In this document: one piece after another, positions 43,701-53,392 of the stretch
How positions within the stretch are numbered: the stretch's first letter is position 1
How the letters are laid out: each line of letters starts with the position of its first letter
Origin: Anaeromyxobacteraceae bacterium
GTDB lineage: Bacteria; Myxococcota; Myxococcia; Myxococcales; Anaeromyxobacteraceae
Direction of reading: 5' to 3'
Assembly: GCA_032654565.1 (NCBI GenBank)
Contig: JAULAX010000015.1
Location: forward strand, 544,001-608,000
Length of the DNA stretch: 64,000 bases
Made by a program: the position numbers and the translations under genes
Notes under the pieces: generated by a model
Seen by the model: only the letters and a program-made list of their open reading frames with translations
What the model was told of the DNA's origin: nothing
Databases searched by the model: none

Positions 43701-46700
43701 GCCGCTCGAAGAGCAGCGCCTCCTCGCTGGAGATGCCGAGGTGGTGGAGCCGGCTCCTCGCGTGCGCGAAGGCGAGGGCGAAGGTGCGCGAGGTGGAGGC
43801 CGGGTCGTGGTAGCGCTGGGCCAGCGCCAGCGCGGTCTCGCGGCTGGTGGCCATGCCGGTCGCGAAGGAGAGCCGGACCACGCCCCCGGGCGCCAGCCGC
43901 ACCCGCTGCCGCAGGCTGACGATGGGGTCGAGGAGCACGCCGGTGGTGCCGGTGAGCGGCCGGCCGTCGAGCGCCTGCGGGTTCTCCGGGCCGCGGCCGC
44001 GGCCGAGGAACCGGCCCCGGTCGGTCTCCCACTCCACCGGTCCCTGGGTGCGCCCCTCCTGGGCGATGACGTGCACGGCGAAGAGCTCGACGTCGTCGGA
44101 GGCGCGCGGGCGCCGCCGGCAGACCAGCGCGCCGCTCTCGCGGAGGTACTCCGACTCCATGAAGAGCTTGCCGAAGGCTGGGTGGGCCAGGTCGTCGGCG
44201 TTGGAGGCCAGGACCACCTCGGCGTAGCTGGTGACCTCGAGCTCGCGGGTCCGGTCGCCGTGGTTGGTGACCTCGAGCCGGCGAACCTCGACGTCGTCCT
44301 CGGGGGAGACCGCCACGTCGAGCCGGGTCACGATCTCGTCGTCCCGCCGCTGGAAGGTGGCCTTCTCCATGGTGAAGAGCACCAGGTCGTCGCCGCTCTC
44401 CTGCCCGGTGGGGTGGTGCGTCGGCGACCAGACCCGCCCGCTGCGGACATCGCGGAGGTAGAGGTGCTGGCCGCCCGGGTCGCGGGTGGCGTCCTGGCGC
44501 CAGCGGGTGACGGTGCGTCCCCGACAGAAGCTGGTGCCGCCGCCGGCGTTGGTCACCACCGCGGTGTAGTGGCCGTTGGAGAGGAACTGGGCGTGCGGGA
44601 AGGAGGTGTGGGGCGAGCGGAAGCGCCGCACCGCCGCCGGCGGCACCGGCGGCGCCACCCTCCCCACCTCGTCGGGGCGCGGCTTGACGAAGGCGGCGTG
44701 GCGCGGCACCCGCTCCTGCAGGAGCAGCTCGGTGGCCTGGACGCGCGGGTCGGAGTGGAAGCGCTCCACCATGCGGTGGCCGGTCAGCGCCCCGGCGATG
44801 GCGGCGAGGGTCATCCCCTGGTGGTGGGCGAACCAGGTGCGCACGATGGCGCCCCGGCCCGGCTCCTGGCCGGGCGGGGCCGGGTCGGCCTCGTCGGCGC
44901 GGCGCGGCGTGTAGTCGACGGCCTCGTAGAAGCCGTACTGTCCCAGCAGCCCCTCGCCGGAGAGGCGGCGCAGGTTGGCGGCGGCGGCGGTGGGGTGGAC
45001 CAGCGCGGCCAGCGCGCTGGCGTAGGGAGCCACCACCAGCTCGTCGGCCAGCCCCCGCTTCATGCCCAGGCCGGGGACGCCGAAGGCCTTGTACTGGTAG
45101 GTGCCGAGGTGGTCGGTGAGGTCGTAGGCCGACTCGGAGATGCCCCACGGCACGCCGCGCTCGAGGCCGTAGTCGCGCTGGCGGCGCACCGCCATCCGGC
45201 AGCTCTCGTCGAGCAGCGTCTCGGGGTAGGTGCGCATCAGCAGGAGCGGCATCAGGTACTCGAAGAGCGTGGCGCTCCAGGAGAGCAGGGTCGGGCGGCC
45301 GTGGACGCTGGTCACGGCGCGGCCGAGGTGGAACCAGTGCTTCTCCGGGAGGTCCCCCTTGGCGATGCCGAGGAAGCTGGCGAGGCGGGCCTCGGAGGCG
45401 AGCAGGTCGTAGCAGGACGGGTCGAGCCGCCCCGGCCCCTCGGCGTCGGCGGTCCGGTAGCCGATGGCCAGCAGGTTGCGCCGCCGGTCGTAGAGGAAGC
45501 GGAAGTCCATGGCCTCGGCGAGCGCGACGGCGCGGCGCGCCAGCCCCTCGAGCCGGCCGGCCAAACCCTCGGCGCCGGCCTCGACGGCCGGCTGCTCCCG
45601 CCCGAGCTGGCCGAGGCCGGCCGAGAGGGCCACCAGGGCGCCGGCGAGGTTGCCGCTGTCGACGGTGGAGACGTAGCGGGGCAGGAGCGGGGCCAGGCTC
45701 ACCGTGTCGTACCAGTTGAGCAGGTGCCCCTCGATCCGCTCCAGCCCCTCGACCGTGGTCAGCGTGGCGTCGAGCCGCTCCACCAGCTCGCCGGTCTGGA
45801 TGAAGCCGAGGTCGTGGGCCGCCAGCGTGGAGAGCAGCCCCATGCCGATGTTGGTGGGGGAGGTCCGGTGGGCCGTCTGCGGCGGGGTCTCCTGGACGTT
45901 GTCGACCGGGAGGAAGTGATCCTCCGGGCCCATGAAGGCCTCGAAGTACTTCCAGGTGGTGCGGGCCACCCCCAGCAGGAACTGCCGGTCCTGCTCCCCC
46001 AGGGCGAGGTCACGGCTCGGCATGGGCTGCGAGAGCCGGTAGGCGAGGTACGGGGCGATGGCCCAGAGCAGGAGCAAGGGGGCCGCCGCCGGGAGGGCGG
46101 CGGGGCGCCAGGCGGCCACCAGCAGCGCCCCGGCCAGGGCGATGCCCGGGCTGGCGGCCATGGCCAGGAAGAAGGAGCGCGCCCCGGAGCCCCGCTCCAG
46201 CCCGACGCCGCGGGCGGCGCTGGCGGCGGCGGTCTCCCACTCCAGCAGCCGCCGCCGGGTGATGGCGAGCCGCACCACCGTGACCAGGATGGCGTTGGCC
46301 ATGCCGTAGGCCTGGTTGGCGAGGAAGGCGAGCTGGAGCAGCAGGCGCGCCGCGGTGGCGCCGGCGTCGCCCAGCAGGCCCCGCAGCCAGGTCCGCGCGG
46401 TCTGGCGCGCGCCCGGGCCGGCCAGGGCCTCCGCCCCGAGCAGGAGGAGCGGGAAGGCCAGCGCCGCCACCACCGCGACGGTCCAGGCGGCCGGGCTGCC
46501 CGGCAGCACGGTCCAGGCCAGGAGCAGCAGGACGACGGTGGCGGGGGCGACCTGCGCCCGCCGCAGGTTGTCGAGGATCTTCCAGCGCGAGAGCAGGGGG
46601 AGGCGGTTGCGTGCCAGGCCGCTGCGGGTCGGGACGAAGGGGAAGAGCCAGACCAGGATCTGCCAGTCCCCGCGGGTCCAGCGGTGCTGGCGGCGGGAGT

Positions 46701-48999
46701 GGGCCAGCACGCTGGAGGGGTAGTCGTCGACCACCTCGACGTCGGTCACCAGCCCGGTGCGGGCGTGGAGCCCCTCGAAGAGGTCGTGGGAGAGCAGCAT
46801 GTTGTCCGGGACGCGCCCGTCCAGCGCCGCCGTGAAGGCGTCGACGTCGTAGAGCCCCTTGCCGGTGAAGCTGCCCTCGCCGAAGAGGTCCTGGTAGGTG
46901 TCGGAGACGGCGGTGGTGTAGGGGTCGACGCCGGTGTGCCCGGCGAAGATGCGCGCGAAGCGCGAGCCCGCGGCGCTGGCGGTGGTGACGCTGACCCGCG
47001 GCTGCAGGATGCCGTAGCCCTCGGTGACCCGGCCGCAGGCCGGGTCGAAGACCGGGCGGTTGAGCGGGTGGGTGATGACGCCGATCAGCTTCCTGGCGCC
47101 GTCGCGGGGGAGGCGGGTGTCGGAGTCGAGGGTGATGACGTAGCGGATGAGCGGCAGCACGCGCAGCTCCCCGACCTGAACGTCGTAGCTGGTGTCGGTG
47201 GCGCCGCGCAGCAGCCGGTTGAGCTCCTCCAGCTTGCCGCGCTTGCGCTCCCAGCCCATCCAGGCGCGCTCCCCCTGGTTCCACTGCCGGGCCCGGTGCA
47301 GCAGGAAGAAGCGGTCGCCGCGCCCCTCGCCGAGCCGCAGGTTGAGCGCGGCGATCCCGTCCCTGGCCGCGGCCAGGAGCTCGGCGTCGCCCGGCATGTC
47401 GCGGGCCGCCGCGTCGGCGAAGTCGCCCAGCACGGCGAAGTGGACGTGCGGGTCGAGGTTGCCGAAGGCCAGCACCTCCAGGTGCTCGAGCTGCTGCTCG
47501 ACCCCCGCCACGCTGGTGAGCAGGGTGGGCACCACCACCAGCGTCCGCGCCTCCTCCGGGACCCCGGCGGTGAGGTCGAGGCGCGGCAGCCGCCGCGGCG
47601 GGGCGATGCGGGCCGCCAGCCGCTGCACCATCGCCACCGCCACGTCGCTGGCCGGCAGGAGCAGCAGCAGCGACACCAGCCCCAGCATCCAGGGTCCGGC
47701 CCCGCGGTGGAAGGCGTAGGCGGCGCCGGCCCCGACCAGCGCCGCGGTGAAGAGGGTGAGGGCGCCGAGGTAGAGGAAGGTGGCGTGGGCGAAGGCGAAG
47801 CGGCGCAGGCGGGCCCGCGGTCCCGGCTGCCAGGCCAGGTCGGCCTCGAGCTCCCGGCGCCCCTTGCCGATCAGGTGGTATCCGACGTGGGCGGCGCGCG
47901 CGCCGGCGCCCCCGGTCTCGGCGGCCAGGCGGGCGCTCTCCACCGCCCGCAAGGCCACCCGCAGCTGGGCCTCGCCGGTCCGGTCGGCCAGCTCCTCCAC
48001 CGCCTGCCGGTAGCGGTCGCGGGAGAGGAACTCCATGCGGCCGTGGACGCCGGCCGGGTCACGCTGCAGCACCCGCTCCACCCGGCTCACCGCCTCCACG
48101 TACTGGGTCCAGTCGAGCGAGGCGCAGAGCCTGAGGCTGGTGATGACGTTGGCGACCGAGACCTGGGCGGCCGCCTCGCGCTGGTGCTCGCCACGGACCG
48201 CCTCGTCGGCGGTGGCGTGGCGGGCGGCCAGGTGGGCGTCGAGGGCGCTGCGCACCGCCGAGAGCCGGGGGCCGTACTCGCGGACCCGCTGGAGCAGCTG
48301 TACCACCATGGCCGGGTGGAGGTGGCGCGGCAGCGGCGGCGGCACGCCCTTCCCCTCGGCGTCGATGCGGGCCACGTAGCGCTCGGCCTCGCGGCGGGCC
48401 GTCTGGGCGGACGTGGTCTCGGCGGCGAGCCGGCGCAGGTTCTCCACCAGCGCCAGCTTGAGCATGCTCGGCCAGGCCCAGAGCTCGCCGATGGTGAGCG
48501 GGGCGACGGCCTGGAAGGCGTCGAGCCAGCGCACCAGCTGGGCGTGGTCGAGGCGGCTGTCGCTGTGGCGGATCAGCTCGACGGCCAGGGCGTAGACCCG
48601 GGCGGTGCCGGCCTGCTCCCGCGCCGCCAGCTTGGGCAGCTCCCGGTAGTAGCCGCGCGGCAGGTTCTGGCGGACGTCGCGGATCTCGGTGGCCACCAGG
48701 TGGTAGTTGTCGAGGATCCACTCGGCGGCGGCGGTGACGAACTGGCCGCGGCGCACGTCGTCGGCGAGCCCGCGGTAGGCCTCTCGCAGCACCCGGACGT
48801 TGTCCTCGAAGCGCGGGAAGACGCTGCGGGCCGTGCGGCCCGACGGATCGACGGTGAACCGTCCCGCCAGGGAGCGGGCCCGCTCGTCGAGCCGCTCGAT
48901 GCTCAGCAGCTCGTCGCGGAAGGGCAGCGCCGATGCGTCCGGCTCGGCGCGGGCCGGACCCGAAGCAGGTGACTCGAGCTTTCCAGCCGGAACGGACAC
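40756..48999 (-). CDS. Cyclic beta-1,2-glucan synthase (Cgs/NdvB-like, ~2750 aa) with C-terminal GH94 domain
   Basis: [98 protein letters not shown] before GTG 48999. Confidence 0.93.
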   Translation of the reverse strand: MSVPAGKLESPASGPARAEPDASALPFRDELLSIERLDERARSLAGRFTVDPSGRTARSVFPRFEDNVRVLREAYRGLADDVRRGQFVTAAAEWILDNYHLVATEIRDVRQNLPRGYYRELPKLAAREQAGTARVYALAVELIRHSDSRLDHAQLVRWLDAFQAVAPLTIGELWAWPSMLKLALVENLRRLAAETTSAQTARREAERYVARIDAEGKGVPPPLPRHLHPAMVVQLLQRVREYGPRLSAVRSALDAHLAARHATADEAVRGEHQREAAAQVSVANVITSLRLCASLDWTQYVEAVSRVERVLQRDPAGVHGRMEFLSRDRYRQAVEELADRTGEAQLRVALRAVESARLAAETGGAGARAAHVGYHLIGKGRRELEADLAWQPGPRARLRRFAFAHATFLYLGALTLFTAALVGAGAAYAFHRGAGPWMLGLVSLLLLLPASDVAVAMVQRLAARIAPPRRLPRLDLTAGVPEEARTLVVVPTLLTSVAGVEQQLEHLEVLAFGNLDPHVHFAVLGDFADAAARDMPGDAELLAAARDGIAALNLRLGEGRGDRFFLLHRARQWNQGERAWMGWERKRGKLEELNRLLRGATDTSYDVQVGELRVLPLIRYVITLDSDTRLPRDGARKLIGVITHPLNRPVFDPACGRVTEGYGILQPRVSVTTASAAGSRFARIFAGHTGVDPYTTAVSDTYQDLFGEGSFTGKGLYDVDAFTAALDGRVPDNMLLSHDLFEGLHARTGLVTDVEVVDDYPSSVLAHSRRQHRWTRGDWQILVWLFPFVPTRSGLARNRLPLLSRWKILDNLRRAQVAPATVVLLLLAWTVLPGSPAAWTVAVVAALAFPLLLLGAEALAGPGARQTARTWLRGLLGDAGATAARLLLQLAFLANQAYGMANAILVTVVRLAITRRRLLEWETAAASAARGVGLERGSGARSFFLAMAASPGIALAGALLVAAWRPAALPAAAPLLLLWAIAPYLAYRLSQPMPSRDLALGEQDRQFLLGVARTTWKYFEAFMGPEDHFLPVDNVQETPPQTAHRTSPTNIGMGLLSTLAAHDLGFIQTGELVERLDATLTTVEGLERIEGHLLNWYDTVSLAPLLPRYVSTVDSGNLAGALVALSAGLGQLGREQPAVEAGAEGLAGRLEGLARRAVALAEAMDFRFLYDRRRNLLAIGYRTADAEGPGRLDPSCYDLLASEARLASFLGIAKGDLPEKHWFHLGRAVTSVHGRPTLLSWSATLFEYLMPLLLMRTYPETLLDESCRMAVRRQRDYGLERGVPWGISESAYDLTDHLGTYQYKAFGVPGLGMKRGLADELVVAPYASALAALVHPTAAAANLRRLSGEGLLGQYGFYEAVDYTPRRADEADPAPPGQEPGRGAIVRTWFAHHQGMTLAAIAGALTGHRMVERFHSDPRVQATELLLQERVPRHAAFVKPRPDEVGRVAPPVPPAAVRRFRSPHTSFPHAQFLSNGHYTAVVTNAGGGTSFCRGRTVTRWRQDATRDPGGQHLYLRDVRSGRVWSPTHHPTGQESGDDLVLFTMEKATFQRRDDEIVTRLDVAVSPEDDVEVRRLEVTNHGDRTRELEVTSYAEVVLASNADDLAHPAFGKLFMESEYLRESGALVCRRRPRASDDVELFAVHVIAQEGRTQGPVEWETDRGRFLGRGRGPENPQALDGRPLTGTTGVLLDPIVSLRQRVRLAPGGVVRLSFATGMATSRETALALAQRYHDPASTSRTFALAFAHARSRLHHLGISSEEALLFERLASRVLYSDASLRSGAELLAQNQLGQEGLWVHGVSGDLPVLLVRVVSDNDLGLVRQTLKAQEYWRLKGLSADVVILNEHPISYLDEVQAQLTALLDDGPWRAWKHRPGGAYLLRGDRMTEAERLLLAGVARAVLVGSAGTLANQLDRPELPAAEPDPAPLALPRGPRAPPPPMAQPEIPVLALANGLGGFTSGGREYAIVLEGDEETPLPWVNVIANPDFGTVVTASGAAFTWSGNSRENRLTPFANDPVTDPSAEALLIRDDDTGEAWSPTPGPLPRQRDSGRFVIRHGAGITRFARATQGIRQALEVFVDPVDPVKFASLSLTNEGPLRRRLSVYSYCEWVLGPPRAGQEQHVVTALDAPTGAVLASNAWNHEFAGRVAFAWAGGRIRSATGDRTAFLGRNGSLARPAALGLETLPARFGAGLDPCAALQVAVTLEPGETRRLVFLLGEGRDLAQARALIERHGTPAAADAARLAVERGWDETLEAVRVVTPDDSFDVLMNRWLLYQDLGCRLWARTGYSQPGGAFGFRDQLQDAMALTLARPALVREHLLRAAARQFREGDVQHWWHPPSGRGTRTRCSDDLAWLPFAVAHYVRTTGDAAILEERVPFLEAPALAPESQEAYGQPQVSAEEASLFEHGVRALERALTSGAHGLPLMGSGDWNDGMNRVGSEGRGESAWLGFFLKTVLDDFGALCLERGDAARAVRYRAEAVRIAAALERSWDGEWYRRGYYDDGTPLGSAQQDECRIDSIAQSWAVLSGVAPPRLAERAMDSVRTHLVRRGAQVVVLLTPPFDRSTQAPGYIKGYPPGVRENGGQYTHAAAWIVMALARLGSGDEATELFHLLNPVNHTRTGPDLARYRGEPYVVAGDVCAHPDHAGQAGWTWYTGSAGWLYRAGLESILGLRRTGATFEVAPCIPAGWPGFSISWRVGRTRYQIEVANPQRRCRGVATAELDGVAVDASVIPLADDGATHRVRVVLG

Positions 49000-49171
49000 G
49001 CTTCCTCCCCCGAGGGGAGTCAGCGCGTCATCTTGACGATGCGTTGGGCTGGCTCTCACCCGCAGCATAGCAGGCTGCGCCAGGGCGCGTTGGAGCCGGC
49101 GGCCGTCCACCGGTCCCTCGCTCCCGGGCGCTTCCATTGCCCGTCCCACGGCCTGTCGGTATATCCCCCCG

Positions 49172-50407
49172 ATGGAACCGAGCCTCCCCGGCCGCCGCGG
49201 CTGGCGGACCCCCGCCGTGATCCTCGCCTCGGGGGCGGTGCTGCTCGCCCTCTCGCTCGGCATCCGCCACACCTTCGGCCTCTTCCTTGCCCCCATGTCG
49301 AAGGAGCACGGCTGGACCCGCGAGGTCTTCGCCTTCGCCATCGCCCTGCAGAACCTGGTCTGGGGGGCGGCCCAGCCCTTCGCCGGGCGGCTCGCCGATC
49401 GGCTCGGCGCCGGCCGGGTCATCCTCGGCGGCAGCGTCCTCTACATCGGCGGCCTGGTGCTGATGGCCTGGTCGCAGAGCGGCACGGCGCTGGCGGTCTC
49501 GGCCGGCCTGGTGATCGGCCTCGGCCTCTCCGGCACCACCATGCCGGTGGTCTTCGGGGCCGTGGTCCGCTCCACGCCGCCGGAGCGGCGCAGCCGGGCC
49601 ATGGGGATCGCCATGGCGGTCGGCTCGCTGGGCCAGTTCGCCATGCTCCCCGGCGCCCTCAACGCCATCGACGCCTTCGGCAGCGCCGCCACCCTGCTCG
49701 GCTTCGCCGCCGTCGGCCTGCTGATGGCGCCGCTGGCCCTGGCGCTCACCGAGGCCCCGGCCGCCGCCGCCCCGGGCGCCGCCCCGCGCGGCCTGCGCGA
49801 GGTGCTGGGCGAGGCGCTCGGCCACCGCGGCTTCTGGCTGCTCTGCTTCGGCTTCTTCGTCTGCGGCTTCCACGTGGTCTTCATCGCCACCCACCTGCCG
49901 GCCTTCCTCACCGACCGGGGGCTCGGCCCCAGGACCGGCGCGGTGGTGCTGGCGCTGGTGGGGCTCTTCAACATCTTCGGCTCCTACGTCTCCGGGCTGC
50001 TGGGCGGCCGCCTCGACAAGCCGAGGCTGCTGGTCTTCATCTACGCCGCCCGCGCCGTGGTCATCACCGCCTTCGTGCTGGCCCCGGTCACCGAGGGCTC
50101 GGCCTGGCTCTTCGGCGCCGCCATGGGGCTGCTCTGGCTCTCCACCGTGCCGCCGACCAACGGCATCATCGTCAGCCTCTTCGGCGTGGAGAACCTGGCC
50201 ATGCTGGGCGGCATCGCCTTCTTCTTCCACCAGGTGGGCGCCTTCCTGGGCGGCTGGCTGGGCGGGCGGCTCTACGTGCTGACCGGCAGCTATGATCTCG
50301 TCTGGTGGCTCTCGGTGGGGCTGGCGCTGCTGGCGGCGCTGCTCAACGTCCCCATCCGTGAGGTCCCGGTGGCGCGGCCACGGCTGGCCGCCGAGCCGGC
50401 GGCGTGA
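49172..50407 (+). CDS. MFS transporter
   Basis: ~12 TM segments, [31 protein letters not shown]. Confidence 0.92.
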   Translation: MEPSLPGRRGWRTPAVILASGAVLLALSLGIRHTFGLFLAPMSKEHGWTREVFAFAIALQNLVWGAAQPFAGRLADRLGAGRVILGGSVLYIGGLVLMAWSQSGTALAVSAGLVIGLGLSGTTMPVVFGAVVRSTPPERRSRAMGIAMAVGSLGQFAMLPGALNAIDAFGSAATLLGFAAVGLLMAPLALALTEAPAAAAPGAAPRGLREVLGEALGHRGFWLLCFGFFVCGFHVVFIATHLPAFLTDRGLGPRTGAVVLALVGLFNIFGSYVSGLLGGRLDKPRLLVFIYAARAVVITAFVLAPVTEGSAWLFGAAMGLLWLSTVPPTNGIIVSLFGVENLAMLGGIAFFFHQVGAFLGGWLGGRLYVLTGSYDLVWWLSVGLALLAALLNVPIREVPVARPRLAAEPAA

Positions 50408-50532
50408 TCGGCACGGTCCTCAGGGCCGCGGCCTGGATGGCGGTGGCGCTGCTGCTGCTCTGGGCCTTCGCCTCCTACCTGGAGCCGGGCTTCACCGGCG
50501 AGGTGGCCGGGGAGCTGCTGCGCTGCAACTGA
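50404..50532 (+). CDS. Small single-TM protein (42 aa), absent from the ORF track
   Basis: GTGA overlap with MFS stop; [42 protein letters not shown]; third codon positions almost all G/C. Confidence 0.7.
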   Translation: MIGTVLRAAAWMAVALLLLWAFASYLEPGFTGEVAGELLRCN

Positions 50533-50539
50533 CCGGGGA

Positions 50540-51238
50540 CTACAGCCCCGCCGCCGCGGCCCGCAGCACCCCCGGCGCGTCGCGGTCGACGATGGCGCCG
50601 TGGCAGGGGATGAGCCGGGTGAGGCCGGGCAGGTCGGCGAGCCGGAGCAGGTGGGCCTTCAGGGCGGCCCGGTCGCTGGTGAAGAGCAGCTTGAAGATCG
50701 GCACCACCCGTGGTCCGCCGCGGAAGCCGAGCAGCCGGGTCAGGAGCGGCCCGTCCTCGCCGTGGTTCTGGAGGGCGTCGCAGAAGACCAGGCTGAGCCG
50801 GCCGCCGCTCCGCACCAGTTCGACCGGCTCGCCGGCCTTGGTGCCGGCCACCGACTCGAAGGCGACCCCGGGATCGGCGGGCAGGTCATCCAGCGTTCCG
50901 GCCATCTCCCAGCGCGCCCGCATCCGGGTGGCGTCGGCGCGCGGGCCGTAGATCTTCACCCCGAGCTTCTTCGAGAAGGCGGCGGCGTCGACGCCGTGGC
51001 TGGCGTTTCCCACCACCAGCTCGGCCGGCCGGCCCCAGGCCAGCACCTCGGCCAGCGCCGACTCCTCGAGCGGGATGGCGTGATAGAAGACCAGCGTCCC
51101 GTCCTGGCGCCGCGCGATCGACATGCGCCGCGGGACCGGCGTCCCCGGCAGCCTCCCGTCCACGGTCCAGAGGTTGGCCTCGTGCTTCACGATGGGGCGG
51201 TGGGGCGTGACGATCCAGGGGCGCTCGGGCTTGGACAT
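50540..51238 (-). CDS. Metallo-beta-lactamase-fold-like hypothetical protein (DUF4336-like)
   Basis: NLWTVDG, RRMSIAR..DGTLV, GNASH, CD, RLIPCHG; ATG 51238. Confidence 0.65.
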   Translation of the reverse strand: MSKPERPWIVTPHRPIVKHEANLWTVDGRLPGTPVPRRMSIARRQDGTLVFYHAIPLEESALAEVLAWGRPAELVVGNASHGVDAAAFSKKLGVKIYGPRADATRMRARWEMAGTLDDLPADPGVAFESVAGTKAGEPVELVRSGGRLSLVFCDALQNHGEDGPLLTRLLGFRGGPRVVPIFKLLFTSDRAALKAHLLRLADLPGLTRLIPCHGAIVDRDAPGVLRAAAAGL

Positions 51239-51461
51239 GGCATGCCATCTAATGGCCGGTGGGAGCTGGCGCCGCCGGGCCGGACCCGGCCCGTATTGAC
51301 CCGGACGGGTCCCCGTGGCGCCCTCCCGCCACCCGGGCCCGGTGAACACGGGTCGTGACGCGCGGTGTTGACGCATCGTGCTTGACAGAGAGTGATTGGC
51401 GGTCCGATGCTCGCCCAGAGCCTCGGTCGCTCCCGGGGAGCGCCATGGCGGGAGGGGAACC

Positions 51462-52274
51462 ATGCACGTCTCCATGATGAACGCCGCTGGCCGTCTCCGT
51501 GATCTGACCTTCATCCTCCTCCTGGCGCTGGCGCCGAGGCCGGTCGTGGCCGCCCCGGCCTGCGCGCCGGCCTGCCGGGAGGGGTTCACCTGCCTGCAGG
51601 GGAAGTGCGTCACCGCCTGCAATCCACCCTGCGCCGCTGGCGAGCGCTGCACGGCGGACCTCCGCTGCCTCCCGGCCGAGACGCTGGCGCAGCCGGTGCG
51701 GCCCGCCCCCGTGGCGCCACCGCCACCGCCGCCGAGCGCTCCGGCTCCAGCCCCGGCTCCGCCGCCCACCCCGGCCCCGGCCGGAGAACACCGCGGCTAC
51801 CAGATCGGCCTCGCCGCCGGCGCCCTCTTCCCCGGCACCATCGACTTCGACGCCGGCAGCGTGGACACCAGCTCGGGGCTGGTGGGCCGGCTCTCGGCCG
51901 ACGTGCAGGTGGCCCCCCGGTTCGGCGTGGGCGCCTACCTGCTGGTGGCCTCCTTCAAGATGCTCGGTGAGTCCGGAACGGTCACCGGCCTGGGCGCGAC
52001 CGCCAAGGGCTACTTCGCGCTCGGCCCGAAGCTGGTCTTCCGCCCCGGCCTCTCCATCGGCTACCAGTCCGCCAGCGTGGCCAGCAGCACCGACACCGCC
52101 AAGGGGCTGGGGATCTCGGCCCTGGCCGAGCTGGCCATGCCGCTCACCGAAGGGTTGAACGGGTTCGTCCAGCTCAGCTTCATCTCCCAGCCGTCGGGAG
52201 GCGTCTCGGGCGTCACCGACGTGACCTGGGCGCCCATCCTCTTCCTGACCGTGGGGCTGGAGCTGGCGCGCTGA
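51462..52274 (+). CDS. Outer-membrane beta-barrel protein with N-terminal Cys-rich module and Pro linker
   Basis: Signal peptide, CAPACREGFTCLQGKCVTACNPPCAAGERCTADLRC, PPPP linker, alternating amphipathic strands. Confidence 0.7.
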   Translation: MHVSMMNAAGRLRDLTFILLLALAPRPVVAAPACAPACREGFTCLQGKCVTACNPPCAAGERCTADLRCLPAETLAQPVRPAPVAPPPPPPSAPAPAPAPPPTPAPAGEHRGYQIGLAAGALFPGTIDFDAGSVDTSSGLVGRLSADVQVAPRFGVGAYLLVASFKMLGESGTVTGLGATAKGYFALGPKLVFRPGLSIGYQSASVASSTDTAKGLGISALAELAMPLTEGLNGFVQLSFISQPSGGVSGVTDVTWAPILFLTVGLELAR

Positions 52275-52298
52275 GCACGCGCCGCGCTCCGCCTCGAC

Positions 52299-52326
52299 GC
52301 GGACCGGCCGATCCTGGCCGGTCCGC
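52299..52326. terminator. Perfect 11-bp hairpin between convergent genes
   Basis: gcggaccggcc-gatcct-ggccggtccgc. Confidence 0.6.
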
Positions 52327-52344
52327 GGGCCGGTCGCCGGGCTC

Positions 52345-52617
52345 CTACCGCTTCTTGGGCTCGCCCTGGTCGGTGCTGCGGTAGTCGTCGGACGCCCCCT
52401 GGCTGGCCGGGGCGCCCGGGGTCAGGGTGGCCGAATCCGTGCGCCTCGGCGCGTCGGCCGGGCTCCGGGTCGACTGGGCGGCGTCGCTCGCCGGGCTGTC
52501 GAGGACCGGCTGGTCCACGGCCGCGGGGAGCTCGGAGGCGAGCGCCGGCGCGGCGCCGGCCAGCGCCAGGAGGGTGGCTGCAGCGCGGAGGAGGCGGGTC
52601 ATTTCCGTGGTGGTCAT
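52345..52617 (-). CDS. Small secreted low-complexity protein
   Basis: GGAG RBS just after the upstream stop; signal peptide RLLRAAATLLALAGAAPALA. Confidence 0.6.
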   Translation of the reverse strand: MTTTEMTRLLRAAATLLALAGAAPALASELPAAVDQPVLDSPASDAAQSTRSPADAPRRTDSATLTPGAPASQGASDDYRSTDQGEPKKR

Positions 52618-52626
52618 GGTGGCTCC

Positions 52627-53241
52627 CTAGAGGCAGGTGACGCCGGTGTAGCTGAGCGAGGAGACGCTCAGGGCGTAGGCGCTGTTGGTGGTCCCGTCGA
52701 GGTGGACGCACCGGAGGTCCCAGAGGCCGGAGGCGACGCCGTTGAGGGTGAGCACGCCCGACAGCGGGATGTCGGCGGTGAGCTGGTCGACGCCCCAGGA
52801 GGCCGCGCCGGCCGGGACCACGTACAGGGTGGTGATGCTGGAGGAGGGGCCGTTGGTGACCCGGATGGACCCGGAGAAGGCGCTGTTGCTGATCGAGGTG
52901 GGGTAGGTGGTGCCCGCGGTGATCGGCAGGTTGGAAGTGTAGGCGTAGTAGCGCCCCACCGCGCCGACCGACACGGCCTTCCCGTCGTAGCTGTTGGGGG
53001 CGAGGCCGCCGAGCGTCCAGGTCGTGCCCGGGGCGATGGCGGCGGTGTTCTGGATCGACCCCCAGACCGTGGAGGTGGTCGGCGAGACATAGACCTCGTG
53101 GATGGTGGCCGAGGCGTTGTTGGTGACGGACAGCGAGCCGGTGGTGGGCGGCGTCGTCTTGGTGGAGCCGCCGCCGCAGGCCACCAGGCCCGCGGCGAGG
53201 AAGAGCAGCAGTGCAACTCTGGACATCGGACCATGCTTCAC
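52627..53241 (-). CDS. Lipoprotein with two tandem homologous beta domains
   Basis: Lipobox LVAC; repeats VTN...IHEVYVSP..WG and VTN...[19 protein letters not shown]. Confidence 0.8.
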   Translation of the reverse strand: MKHGPMSRVALLLFLAAGLVACGGGSTKTTPPTTGSLSVTNNASATIHEVYVSPTTSTVWGSIQNTAAIAPGTTWTLGGLAPNSYDGKAVSVGAVGRYYAYTSNLPITAGTTYPTSISNSAFSGSIRVTNGPSSSITTLYVVPAGAASWGVDQLTADIPLSGVLTLNGVASGLWDLRCVHLDGTTNSAYALSVSSLSYTGVTCL

Positions 53242-53392
53242 GGGGTCGCTCCTTCCGTGACTGAAGTGGACAGCCGAGAGGACAGCTCCAGCGTCAAATG
53301 ACCGCAGGGGTCCGAGCCTACGCTCTCCCCCAGCACGCAGAGTGCATTTCGCGCGAGGCCGAACCGCGACAAAATGTCGCCCCCCTGTCTGG

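Noticed and set aside
40748..48972. Very long alternative ORFs (1861 aa at 43387..48972 +, 1466 aa at 40748..45148 -)
   Set aside because: Antisense or off-frame shadows of the glucan synthase gene caused by stop-codon scarcity at high GC; no motifs.
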